64,000 bases of DNA from Lama guanicoe (GCA_013239625.1 MU053376.1:1512833-1576832); one strand, 5' to 3'; shown: positions 38,201-51,040, numbered from the stretch's first letter. Numbers and translations are program-made. Notes: a model not told the origin generated them from the letters alone.

Positions 38201-39269
38201 ATCCCAAAGGGCAAAGGCCAGATCTCCTCCAGCTTTTGTATTTCTCTGAGTACCTAGGACAGAGCCCAGCACTAAGCAGGAATTTGATGAATGCTAATGA
38301 TTAACTTAGATAAACCCAGCACCTTCAGAAAGCCCTGAGTGCTCTACTGAGCTTCAAAGCCGCTAGCTAAAAATAAGACTTCTAACTATCTCTGGGACCT
38401 GGAGGTTCTGGGAAAGTCCTTGCTCACAATATACTAACATAGCATATCCCTGGCTCTTAGCTTCGGGGTCCCACCAATTCCTCTCCTTAATTCTACCCAG
38501 GAGCCTCACAAAGAACTCTCTTTGCCCATAGCAGATTCATGAAAGACAGGTGAGGAGTAAGGAGGAGAGACAGGTCTGCCCAGGCTTGGTTATATTTTGT
38601 CTCCATATATGTCACGTAATTAGCACTTTGATGTCTTATTATGTCACCGCCCCCACCCCCCACCCAAATCAGGTTATCAGACAGCATGTGCCCAACCTCC
38701 ACCCCCATTCCCCAAGGGGATCCTGCCAAAGTTACAGGCAGACAAGCATCACGAAATGCCGTTAAGAACATTCCCACTTAATCTGAGACCCTCTTGGCAG
38801 CTGGACAAATTCCTGCCCAGCAGGGGGATGGAAGGGAGACTTGAAACTGAGCTTTCTACTACGGGTGTCCTTGAAACCCCAAAGTAGAGGCATAAAAAGA
38901 AAGCATAAAGAGGAGACCCATCTAAATGTCTCCCACTGAGCTGGGCTCAGCAAGGATGCCCAGGAGGGATGGCAGGCAACAACCCTGTTCCATTTCTCCT
39001 CTTCCAAGCCTGAGCTCTGGAACCAATTCTGCTTCTGGTAAGCAATACTGCCCTGACCACCTCCCCGGGGCTATCGGGCTTCCTAGGGCTGCTGTAGAAA
39101 GTAACTAGACCAAGAAGAAACCGAGGACATGATCCAAAGGGAAACAGTATTCTAGGAAGCAGCAGCTGCTTCTGACAGGGAGGCGGAGGAAAGGCTCCAA
39201 GAGACAATTTCCCAGGAGGAAAAGGTGGCTCTGGGCTCAGGGTCAAGAGCCGCCCTACCCAGGTCCTAC

Positions 39270-39644
39270 CTGCACGATGTCCAGCACCATCCCAGCAGCC
39301 ACAGTCCCAAAGCCTGCCAGGAGGAAGGGGAACAGCACTTGCAGCCCGATGGAGAAGGAGGTCTCCTTGAGCGGGGAGGGTGGTGCGGGGCCACGGTCCG
39401 TGCTGACGTCGTCACTTTCATTGCTCTGGCTCCCGTTCTCCAGCAGGGCGTCCTCCTCCCGAACCCCCTTGGCGTTGGCCCGAGACTCGATCACCACCAC
39501 CTCTACCCCAGCCTCATCGGGCCCCAGGAACTCTGAGGTCCCAGCCAACGGCTCTCGCCCAGGGCCATCAGAAGAGCAGGGTGAAGCAGGAGGGCCAGTC
39601 CCGTTCAGCTGGTGGGCGTCCTTCGGCTCCGGCTTAGAGGACAT
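39270..39644 (-). CDS. SLC41A1: SLC41A1 coding exon 1 (exon 2): MSSKPEPKD...AGMVLDIVQ
   Basis: ORF 39255..39644 matches the SLC41A1 N-terminus; donor CAG|GTAGG; 375 nt. Exon extends 5' to 40284 (long polypyrimidine tract and AAG acceptor at 40285). Confidence 0.97.
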
Positions 39645-41849
39645 GACGGGAAGGGAGGAGGAGAAAGGGGAGCTTTCCTCTCTTTTTTGGCTTTCTCTCC
39701 CTTTCTAACTTGGGAAAAAACTTAGTCTTGGGGTGAACCCAGGCTTGATTGCCGCGGGACCTCTTCCCACGGCTCTCCGCTCCTACCAGGCGCTGCAAAA
39801 ACTGATCCACCAACAGGCAGCCCCATCAAGCACTGAAGCCACGAACTGGAAGGAAGCAAGAAAGTCTTAACCAGACTCTGCAGCTGGCCGCTAGGGGTGC
39901 AGATGCCTGACCCAGCCAGCCAGCGCCGGGCTTGGGGGAGATGTCTCTGGCCTCTTCTTTGGTTCTCAGCGCAGGCTCCTCTGAGCAGGGGGCATCCAGA
40001 GAAGTAGAAGAGCCCAGTCAAGTCTGGGGTGCCCTCTGAGGTGGCCTTCTTTCATGAAAAGTAGCTTGAGTTCAGATCTTTCAGAAGGCAGCCTTGGGCT
40101 GGGGCTGCAGCTCCTTCCCCGGCCTCCGGCTGGGCTCTTTCCCACAGCTCCTCGGGCTCTGCTGGTCCCAGGGCAGTGTCTGCTGTCTCTCTCCCTTCTT
40201 CCAGAGATTTCCTTCCTTCCTGGGAAGACCTCGTAGCTTCCCAAATCCTTGGTCCTTAAAGTCACAAGAATCTGTGTGGAACACCTTACATGGGAAAAAA
40301 GAAGACAAGAGAAGGAGAATGTTATGATACAGAAAAGGACAGGTCCTCCTGGCAGAATTCTCCCACGAGGCAGGCATAAAGAGTTTGCCATTTGCCTTCC
40401 GTTTTTCACTAAAGTCACCCATTCCTGCCCTGAGACATTTGGACGCCCAACAGGCACCATTCCCACCATCCTCCCAACAGGCCACCCCCTGCCCCACAGG
40501 GGTCACCACCATGGTCAACGGCAATGAGATGGGGCCCGCCTGGGGCTGGGAAGATGCTGGGCAGGAGGCCTTGGCATTGCCTTCTCAGCAACCCGGGGTG
40601 GGCAGGGATGCCCTGGCGGGGAATCCCTTCTTGAATGCCCAGTAAGAACCCAAGATTATTTAGGTGGGGTCAGTTACAAATTCAGTCACCAACTCCCTGC
40701 CACACAGCCACCCTGCTGTAGAATGTGATTGTTTACAGTCACAAGACAGCCACACAGGGCAGATAAGCAGGGAGAATTTGACCACTGAGTGAAGGCCCCC
40801 AGACCCCCTAAAAGCCCTAGTCTCGGAGGAAAAAAAATACCAGGACTCCCTGGGCAATGGGGCAAGGCTGCCAGACCAAGGCCAAGAGCCAGAGGCCTAC
40901 CCACTCCTGCCCTTGAGAGTCAACAGTGTTACAAAAAGCTCAGACACTGACTTGGATCCAGGCCTCTGTCCCTACTTCTCTCCCCCTGCTCTTGGCCTTG
41001 TGAGCTTGTCAGATAGGACAGGGTGTTATCTCAGTTTGAAGGGAAAGAGGGTAAAATGATTGGTTATTATGCCCACATTTAGGTTCTCTAAGTTCGCCCT
41101 GTTCCCCGGGGTTACTGAGAGTTGGATATAATGGAATTCTTAAAAAACAAAAACAAAAAACAAAAGCACCAACCGAGGAAAAAAAAAAAAAGCAAAACAA
41201 AAACCAAAGCAGCATAAGCCAAAATGCACTTGTCCCCAAATGCAGAGTCTCTTTAGCTTGAATGGCCCCACTTTCCTTGCCTAAAGGAATCCCCAGGCCT
41301 TGATCCCACCCTATTCCATTTCATCAGAATAGCTCTCACAAGTAAAAAATATACTTAAAGAGAATTTCCCTAGGAAGGGATGAATATGTCCTCAAGTATT
41401 CCAAACACACGCAATTAGTCAACTACAGTTTGGGAAAGGGTGGCTCAAACTCCAGTAACTGGCCCACGGAAATTGTTTTCTCTTTCAATCCACTCACGTC
41501 ACCAGGACTATCCTTTCTAGTCTCCTTAAACACTGTCCTGTGGTTCTTTCAAATACCCTCACTAGAGATCCAGAAGCAAACCTCTGAGCAGGAGAGAGTT
41601 CACTGCCCTTGTGCCAGAAAAGTTTCTGAGTCCGTGAAAACTTGACCCTCCCTCCTTCTCCAGTCTTCCTGGCAGGTCACCTAACCTGGAAGGGGGCTCG
41701 AAGGGAGAGAAGCCAGTCCCTCACCCCACTCCTTCCTGTAAAGAGACTTCAGAAGGGCCTAAGGCCCTGGGATGAAAGAAGCAAAAGTGACCCAGGATGC
41801 CCTGAGGAGTGGACGAAAAAAAGACCGTTTTAGTATCCCCAAACCCGGG

Positions 41850-43100
41850 GCGGGTGTGTGGGGGGGTAGTAACTGGGTGTCCTCCCGCCTCTCTCCGATC
41901 AGATTCAGCAAATGCGCTGCGCGCCAGGTCTCCCGCCCTCCGCCACCCACCCCCTCAACAGGACTGACCTGCCCCTCGCTTGGGAGGAAGGGGGGCGCCT
42001 GGCGAGTGGCAGCAGGGACCCGTGGTCTCGGGGGGTGCAAGGTTCCCCCTCTTCTCATCACTTCTCCTCCTCGGCAGTCCTCCTCGGCCCCCGGCGTGCA
42101 CCCCACACCCCCAGGCAAGGCGAGCGTCCAGCCGCGACACCCGGCTGGCTACATTTCGCCTCTGCGTTACTGCGAGGCCGCCGCACCGCTTCCACGAGGG
42201 GGAGGTGGCCGGGGAGGGCAGAATATACCGCCCCGGGCTCGGGCGGGGGGCACCCAGACGGGGGACCGCGGGGCCGAGCTCACTCGCCCCAATCGCTTCT
42301 TGCCCGCGGACTTGGGCCCGACTGGTTGGCTGCTAGTGGCAAACGTGATCTGGGGCAGACTGGGTGGCACCCCCACTCCATCAAAAATAGATTCTAAATG
42401 GACAACAGCAGTAGCCAATCGGGGACGAGGCGGGGGCGGGCTCAGCCTCGGCCCGGCCCCTTTCCTTCGCTTCGTGCCCCGGAGGCGGGGCGCCGGGGAA
42501 ACGCAGTGCGAGGAGTGACGGGAACGCGGAGCTCACTGTCGGTGCCGCGAGCTCGCGGGTCCCAGCGCCCATCCGCCGGCGGCCGGAGGTTCCCGCTTCC
42601 CTGCCCTCCAGGCGCTGTGCCATCTCCCTCAGGTCGGCTCCGCCGCGTCGGGCCCATTCCCTCGTCCTTCAGAGGCGTGTGCGCCTGTGCGCGTCTTCTC
42701 CTGCGTCTTGAATGTTTCCTTGAGCCTCTGGCCGTCAGCAAGCCCGGGCAGCCTCTCTGGGGAGCCAGCCAGCTCTGACCACCTCCCGGGGCTCAAGCAG
42801 CCACCGCCGCGCTCTTTCCCCGCGCTCGGTACCCGGAGAGAACCGTCCTTACCTTGTTCCTGGATACAGCTCCTGTCCTGCTGGCTTGTCACCTCGCGCT
42901 TCCGCCGGATTCCGCGTTCCTCCAAGCGCATGGCTCAGCCTGATAGAACTGGCCTTAATAAAGTCCCGGCCTAGAAAGGGGTGGAGATGGGCCGGCGGGA
43001 GGGAAAAGAGGTCAGACTCACCGCTGGGGTTCCACGCGCACCACCTGAGGCAGGGGCGGAGGGGAGCCTGGCTTCCTCTGACCCACCGATCCTGGTGGCA
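41850..43100. promoter_or_regulatory. CpG island / SLC41A1 promoter
   Basis: Very high GC and CpG density; AGCCAATC and GGGGCGGG motifs at 42413-42440. Confidence 0.9.
41969..42390 (-). other. SLC41A1: Probable non-coding exon 1 of SLC41A1
   Basis: Strong donor CAG|GTCAGT at 41968 inside the CpG island; CCAAT (~42415) and GC boxes (~42430) just upstream. TSS is approximate. Confidence 0.6.
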
Positions 43101-43493
43101 GCATGGGAAGAGCTGTCTCCATCCCAGGCTAAACGAAGTCCAACTTTCCCTGACGCACCTTAGGGGATCAAAGAGGGGTGTTCCCATTTCGCCTTTGCCA
43201 CTTCCTCCCTGGGGTATCTCCACCTCTCCAATGCAAACTCGGTACCAGTTCTTTTGGGGGATGTTTTTATGCAGGGGGTGTGACCTCCTCCATAAAGGAA
43301 CCGCCACCCCTAGGTTTTCCCCTCTTGTCAGTGGAACCTGTGACCAGTGGTTCCTTCCTGTCATTTTCCTCCCGAAAGTGGCTCAGGGGGCATTCGAGCA
43401 TGACTCCAGACCCCTGGATGGGGTTTGGAGTAGCGGTGTGCCTCGGAAGAGAACACAGTACTGGTATGAAGCTTTTGGCTGTCCCTGCCTCTT

Positions 43494-43533
43494 ACACACA
43501 CACACACACACGCACACACACGCACACACACAC
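43494..43533. repeat. (CA)n microsatellite with CG interruptions, upstream of SLC41A1
   Basis: Read directly. Confidence 0.95.
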
Positions 43534-44034
43534 ATCAGCATACACAACCACAGGAGCAGGTAATTCCCTTGAGCAAGGATGACAAACATACAACCTAGCC
43601 TCCTACCTCCCACTCTAGTAATCAGAATTATTCCAGTTTGGCTGCTGGGACATTTGCCTGCAGTCTTACAGCACCCACTAGAGGAAATGTTAGTGTCAAA
43701 ATTGGGGTTCTAATTTTGGCTACCAACACTGAGTCTCTCTGCCTGGAGACAGAAGTAACTGCTAAACTAGGAAATCTTGGGCTTCGTCCAAAAAGATCCA
43801 TTTTTTAACGGGTGATGTAGGGTCGGGTGGGAAATTAAGACTGATCTATCTGGAGACTTCGGTTAGGGGCTGGAAACAGTTCCTGCCCTGCTTCATTCAA
43901 CAGTCATCCGTGCTTCCTTTTCATCTTGCCACAACTCAGCCACCTGTATGTAAAATCTTAATCTACCTTCTATTCTCTTCCCACCTTCTCCTTTTTAAAA
44001 ACTCTTTGAAAGCATTTCCCCTCTCCTGTGAGTT

Positions 44035-45390
44035 TCTTTTTTTTTAAAAATTGAAGCAGATGAGATCTATGGGAAAGTGCACAACTCCTAAGAGTGCAGG
44101 TCAGCAAATTATGACACAGTAAATATACCTGTATAACCACTATCCAGATCAAGAATCAGATCATTACCAGTACCCCAGAAGCCCTCCTGATGTCTCTTCC
44201 CAGTCACTACCCCACACACCTTCCCAAATTAACCTCTGTCTAATCCAATATGTTAGTTTTACCTGCTTTTGAACTTTATATAAATGAAACCATTCAGTAG
44301 GTCTTATTTTGTGCCTGGCTTCTCTCACTCACTATTATGTTTGTGAAATTGATGCATAACGATGTGGTGGCAGTAGCTCATTCATTTTCATTGCTGCATG
44401 GTATGCCATTGCAAATATTGATGAAAAATTAATCAATAGTCGATATAAGAAAGAAACAGACAATTTTATTCATGCCATCCTGAGGATTATAACCTGGGGG
44501 TCAGTCTTTCAGAAAGCTCTGTGGACTGTTCCACCCATTGCAGGTCAAAGCACAGTTATATACGTTTTTGAGACAAAGGGTTATACATCAAATGATGTAT
44601 TGACAGTTTGTACAATCCAGAGCTGCAGTACAAAGCAAGTAGTGGGTCCTTGTAACCCCTTACAAGATCAAGAAGGACTGTTACCTCCTAAGGAGGTCTG
44701 GTTAAGGCGGATGCACCATACACACCAAAGGGAAAGAAGGAGGCCCAAAAGGCAGAGAAAAATTGTATGTTTAAATTTTCCTTGTCTTGCCATGAAATAT
44801 GAATTATATTTCATCACCATTAAATGCATATACCACAATCTATTTTTCAATTATTCTGTTGATGGACGTTTGGCTTGTTCCCAGTTTGAAGTTATTCTGA
44901 ATAATGCTTCTGTAACAGTTTGATTTGTGTCCTTTGGTACACTTAAGTTTATATTTCTGTTGGATATATACCTAGGAACAGACTTACTAGGTCATAGAAT
45001 AGACCTATGTTTAGTGTCAGTAAATGCTACTAAATGATTTCCAAAGTGCTCGAAAGTGTTGGTTTACACTCCTTCTGGGAGTGTCTTCGCATTCCAGTTA
45101 CTCCACATCCTCATCAGCACTTTATAGTGTCAATCTAAAAAGATTTAAAAATTTTAGCCATTCTGATGGGTGTGTAATGGTATCTCATTGTGGTTTAAAC
45201 TTGCGTTTCCCTGATAACCAATGAGGTTAAGCACCTTTTCATACATTTATTTGCTATTTGGATATCTGTTCAAGTACTTTGTCCATTTCTTTTGTCCATT
45301 TTCTACTAGGCTTTCTGTCTTATTGCTTTATAGGCGTTCTTTATACATTTCAGATATGAGTTCTTCACTGGCTATAGGTACTGAAAATAT
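44035..45390 (-). mobile_element. Old L1 3' region interrupted by an LTR
   Basis: tgcttttgaactttatataaatgaaaccattcag...ttttagccattctgatgggtgtgtaatggtatctcattgtggttt. Confidence 0.8.
44410..44816 (-). mobile_element. ERV1-type solo LTR (~407 bp)
   Basis: TG...CA termini, 4-bp TSD CCAT (44406-44409 and 44817-44820), minus-strand AATAAA at ~44465; splits the L1. Confidence 0.7.
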
Positions 45391-47239
45391 TTCTGTGAGT
45401 ATTAAGCACAGAAGACGTCAGTTTTGGGAGCTTCTGAAGCCTCAAGGCCACTATATTGAGAAGACTATAAGCTCTATGTCTATTTTGTGTGTTCCCAGCT
45501 CCTAGCACTTAGTAGGTAGTAAATAAGTATGTTGACTGGATGATGGATGAGATGGATGAGACCCATCCAGGTAGTTTGCCCTGTATTGTGCTGATCCCTA
45601 GGGCCAAACACTGAAAGGGGCTGCGGGGAGCTGATTTCCTTCTAGCCCTGCCCGCTGTGACCCTGGCAAGGGGAAGACACCCAGTCTTCCCCTACTGAAA
45701 AAGCAGTAATAGCTACAGTCTGTGAAGAGAGAAGCACGGATGTAGGAAGCAGAGGTCACAGATGAAAAGACAGGAACTAGCAGCAGGTAGCAAGCCAGCC
45801 AGATGCTTCAGAGAGACTCAGTTGGGGGTGGAGGGGGTGGTGGTGTCAAGGAGACAGTGAGGGTCTCTGGCATGACAGCAGATCTTTATGTAGGTCATGT
45901 AGGAGCTCCTCTGGCTTCAAGATATGCTTACTCTTAAAGCTTGTCAGCCCAGAAAGTTCTTCTACTCTTTGCTTCTCCAAAGGATATGCCCTGAGACTTT
46001 GGTTGCAGAGTCTCACCCCTACTTCCCCATTAAAAAAATCTCTTTTTTTCAGATATGGCTTTAACTTCCTCATGGCCTGTAATGTCCATCATGAAGATGG
46101 AAGACCGCTGCCAGTCTCTTCGTCTCCAGGAAGCCTTTCTCCAGGCCTGCTGAGTTCCCTTCTGTCTTCTGTCACTGTCTTTCTCTCCAGCATCCTCTCC
46201 TTCTCCTCTTTCAGCTATAACTGATACCAGTTCAGGTCAGACGTCTCTGACCCACGCCCATTACTATAGGAGAGAGATTTCCCCCTTGCAACACGGTCAC
46301 AAACTCACTGCATCCCCACCCAAGGTCCTCCAGAAGACAGTGAGGCTAGCAGCAGCTCCAGGATTTTCTATACAGGATAAGCTTAGGGTAGCAGTCTAGT
46401 TGGAGAGGGCGATGATGTGTCATGAAATGGCATTTGTATAGCAAGCACAGTGTTTCACTTAGCATATGAGATTTTTGGTGGGGGTGGAGAATTCTGGAGA
46501 AGGAGGAGGTGTTGATCACTGCCAGGGGCCAGTGGAGGAGCCTATGAGAGAAGGACCTCTGTGAGCAGCCTTCTTCAGTCTTGCTTGGTGCTTTTCCTAC
46601 CATGTGGTTCATTTAGCCGCTATCCTGGGGTCCTTCGGGTCCCATGACTTTCCTTCATGGATAGTTGCTGTCTACCAAAGGCTTCTCCACGGATGACCTG
46701 GATACTTATCCTGCAACATCATAAAATTCCAGAACCCTGTAAATCCTGGATCCCCCAACGAGCATGGCATAGTCACAAGACTAGCCTGACACGGCTGGAA
46801 ACTTTTCTGTGTTTTGTTTCTGCCAGGGAAAGGGTGCCTCCTCCCATTTTTCCCCTTGCTATAACCCCTCCCTTGCTGTCTCCCTCGCAGAGGTCAACTT
46901 CTTTCCTGCTGCGCAGAGCTAAGGTGATATCCCCTTCCGGCTTCATTCAGTTCTAGGAGGATGTAGTGATGGGGGTGGGATGGGGAAGTATGGCCATCTG
47001 TGCTCACAGCTAGTTGCTTTCACCATCCCCTTTGCTTCTCTCTAATTGAGCTCCCTTTTCCCAAAGCCCCCTGGAGACTCTCCCTGGGTTCCTCTAGGCT
47101 GAATGGTTCCAGGTATTTTGGAACTGCAGTTCTGAAATCACTGGGTATAACTGGAAAGACGTAGCAGCAAGCAAAATAGTCTGGTGAGCTATAACTGGGG
47201 AGATGAAGTAATCTTTGAGAGGCAGGGCTGCAGAGTGGA

Positions 47240-47430
47240 ATGTGCCACGGCTTTGTAATCACATGGGTTTGAATCCATGCTCAGTCACATATTAGGTATG
47301 TGACCTTGAGCAAACTCCTTTATGTCTCTGGGCCATATCTAAAAAATGGAGACACTATTCTTTTATAGAGATGCTGTGAGAATTGGTGACATCATGGCAT
47401 TTGGAACATTTCCCGCACATAGTAGGAACA
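47240..47430 (+). mobile_element. MIR SINE
   Basis: gggtttgaatccatgctcagtcac...tgtgaccttgagcaa. Confidence 0.7.
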
Positions 47431-47744
47431 GTATGATCTCACCAAAGAGGAAGGAAGAGCCACAAATAATAATAGGCATCTGGAAGGGGCAGCTCAGGCT
47501 CTTTCTGGGAATCACGCTGAAGTCTAGACTTCACAGAGTTAAAGGGTTAAAGATGGCCAGTCTCTGTCACACGGATGTGGGTGGGGCGATAGTCCAGGGA
47601 GGTATCACTCCTGCAGTAAGTCATCAGCCAAAGATGAGTAAGCTTTACCTTTCCAGGGACAGGATGCAAGAAGATCGCATTTTGCAAACCAGATTATCTG
47701 GTTTCAAATTGCCCTCAATGTTTATTGCCCTTTGATTATCCGCT

Positions 47745-48000
47745 AGCCCAGGGTTTCCTAAATAGGCCTCGTCATAGGAATCACCTGTGGGCACTTCTTT
47801 TAAAATATAGATTTCCAGGCCTCTCTCCTGGAAATTCTGTTTCCAGAGATCTGGTGTCAGGCCAGGAAATCACCCTTTTAATTAGTGCCCCAGATGACTC
47901 CTATGATATGACCTGTTTGGGGAACATTGCCCCAGTCTGATGGTTCTCAATCATGGCTGCATATTAGAGACTTTCTGGAGGGCTTTAATAACAATATGCC
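47745..48000. mobile_element. MER5-type fragments
   Basis: ggaatcacctgtgggcacttcttttaaaatatagatttccagg...ccccagatgactc; tggttctcaatcatggctgcatattaga. Confidence 0.65.
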
Positions 48001-48209
48001 TTTGTCATAGGAGGAAACACTGAATGCTAGGAAGGCTCTGAAAGTCTTCAAAGACATGGAGATGCTTCAACTGAGTCTTCCTGTGTGGATTTATACATTA
48101 ACTCATTTAATCCGAATAATTACTCTGTGAAGTAGGCTTTTGCAGTATACTAGGTCAAAATCAAGTCAGTGGATTGGAGGAAAGTAGGTATGTTTAAAAG
48201 TTATTGAGG

Positions 48210-51040
48210 TCAGTCATTAGGGAAATGCAAAGCCACAATAGCATACCACTTCACACAAACTAGGTTGGCCATAAAAAATAAAGAGCAAAAAACAGAAAAC
48301 CTAACAAGTATTGGTGAGGGTGTGGAAAAATTGGAACCCTTGTGCATTTGCCGGTGGGAATGTAAAATGATGTAGCTACTTGGAAATACTTCAGCGTTTC
48401 CTTAAAAAGTTTAACGTAGAATTAGCATATCACCCAGCAATTCCACTCTGAATTATAGGCCTGAAAGCACTGAAAACAAAGGAGAAAAGCATTCTAGTTA
48501 GAGAAAACAGAGTGAAATGGTAGGCAGGCAAGGGAGAATGTGGCGTTTTCAGGGAACAGCAGGGTGTTGTTCAACAAGTGGCCTCATGCACGTAGAGAAA
48601 TGGAGGGTGAAAGATGAAAGGGGAGCTTTGACGATATAAGTTATACAACTTGAGACTCATTTCACATGGACCTATTGTTTTATGTGTTGGTTTTGTTTTC
48701 CCACCCAGACTACAAATTCCTTGAACGTGGAGACGTTATATTTTTACATTTATATTAATTTTTTAATGCCTTACGTTTTAAGATTTCTGTGGTGTTTGGT
48801 AATGCATGATACTTTTTAAAAAGACTATTTTTTAAAAGAGCAGTTTTAGGTTTATAATAAAATTGAGAGAAAGGTACAGAGATTTCCTATATATCCCTTG
48901 CCCATGCATAGCTTCCCCCATTATCAACATCGCTTACCAGAGTGGTACATTTTTCACCAAGGATAAACCAATTTGACACATCACAATAACCCAAGTCCAT
49001 AGTTCACCTTAGGGTTCACTCTTTGTGTTGTATATCCTATGGGTTTGGACAAATGTATAATGATATCGCTCTACTATTATAATACCATACGGAGTATTTT
49101 CACTGCCCTAAAAATCCTCTGTGCTGTTCGTGTTCATAACTTTCTTCCTCCCCAACTACTGATCTTTTTATTGTCTCCAGAGTTTTGCCTTTTCCATAAT
49201 GTCATAGAGTTAGAATCATACACTACATAGCTTTCTCAGATTGGCTTCTTTCACTTAGTAATATGAATTTAAAATTCCTCCATGTCTTTTTCATGTCTTG
49301 ATAGCCATTTTATTATTTCTATTTACTTAAATTTTTTTTCATAGTTTCTTTTCAGTGCTAAATAGTATTCCATTGTCTGGATTTACCACAGCTGTTTATC
49401 CATTCACCTACTGAAAGATATCTTGCTTGCTTCCAAGCTTTGACAATTATGAATAAAGCTGTTATAAATGAACATGTGCAGCTTTTTGTGTAGATGTAAT
49501 TTCCAGCTCCTTTGGGTAAATACTAAGGGACAGGATGGTTGGATCGTATGATGAGTATGTTTAGTTTTGTGTGAAACCACCAAACTGTCTTCCAAAGTGA
49601 TTGTACCACTTTGTATTTCCATCAGCATTGAAAGACAGTTCCTGTTGCTTCGCATCCCCACCACCATTTGATGTTATCAGTGTTCTGGCTGTAATTGGTG
49701 TGTAGCGGTATCTCATTGCTTTAGTTTGCATTTCCCTGAAAACATATGATGTGGAACATCTTTTCATGTGCTTATTTGCCATCTATATATTTTTGATGAC
49801 TAAAGGTCTTTGGTCCATTTTTAAATTGGATTGTTTAGACTTGTATTGTTCAGTTTTAAGAGTTCTTTGTATGTTTTGGATGAAAATCTCTTATCAGACA
49901 TGTCTTTAACATCCTAATTTAAACTTACAAACTTGGTTCTTCTTCCTCGATCGGACCCTTAGATATTGAGTATCATTTATGGTGCTCTGTTGGTGACTCC
50001 TGAATATGACTTTTCTTCTGAGCTCCAGACTTGGATGGATCAGCACTTCCCACTTGTCACATCCTGGAGCTCATCATCTCCCGGATATCTCCTCCTCCTC
50101 CAAATTCCCATGTCAGCGAATGTAGTCACTCTCCCATTGGCTCAGATCAGCTAGCTGGAAGTCCGTCTTGTCTCCTTCCTCTACTTTTCCATCTCCCTAC
50201 CATCCATCAGTCACCATGTGCCATCCATTGACTCCCCCTCCGGAAGACTTTTTTTTTGGATTTTATTTTTTGAGGTAAAATTCACATAACATAAAATTAG
50301 CCATTTAAAAGCATACAATCCATTAGCATTTAGTGTATTTACAGTGTTGTGTAACTATTACTTCTTAGTTATGAAACATTTCATCACCCCTAAAGGAAAT
50401 CTCTTAACCATTAAGCAGTCACTCCCCATTCCCCATACGCCCCCCACCCCAGCCCCAGCTCCTGGCAACCATTAGTCTGCTTCTGTCTCTATGGATTTCC
50501 CTATTCTGGACATTTCATAAAAATGGAACCATGCAATATGTGAATTTTTGTGTTTGGCTTCTTTCACTCAGCATAATGATTTCAAGTTTCATCCAAGTTG
50601 CAGGATGTGTCATTTCTTTTTATGGCTAACAGTCTATAAAATGGATACAATGTATTTATTTTGTTTATCTATTCATCTATTGATGGACCTTTGGGTTGTT
50701 TCCATGTTTTGGTTATTGTGACTAGTGCTGCTCTGAACTTTTGTATACACACATTTGTTTGAATACCTGTTTTCAATTTGAGTATATACTTAGGAGTGGA
50801 ATTGCTGGGGAATAATGGTTATTCTATGTTTAACTTTTTGAGGAAACAACCAACTGTTTTCCAGAGCAGCTGCACCATTTAACACTCCCACCAGCAAATG
50901 TACAAGGCTTCTAATTGCCCCACAACTGCCTCACTAACACTTGTTTTTTTCCTTTTTTTTTTTTGATTATGGCTAACCTAGTGAATATGAAGTGGTGTCC
51001 CATTGTGGTTTTGATTTGCATTTCTTTAATGACTAACCTA
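48210..51040. mobile_element. Cluster of L1 fragments (plus ~48210-48480; minus ~48820-49905 and ~50250-51040)
   Basis: L1 ORF2-end remnants in ORFs 49561..49782 (MANKHMKRCSTS...REMQ) and 50911..51093 (IKEMQIKTTM..H...TRLAII). Confidence 0.85.

Noticed and set aside
39884..39902. CTCF-like motif (tggccgctaggggtgcag) in the SLC41A1 5'UTR
   Set aside because: Only a partial match; needs a PWM scan and ChIP data.
41772..43563. Long plus-strand ORFs (248 aa, 225 aa) over the SLC41A1 CpG island
   Set aside because: Low-complexity G/P/R/A content expected of stop-poor GC-rich DNA; no recognisable domain.
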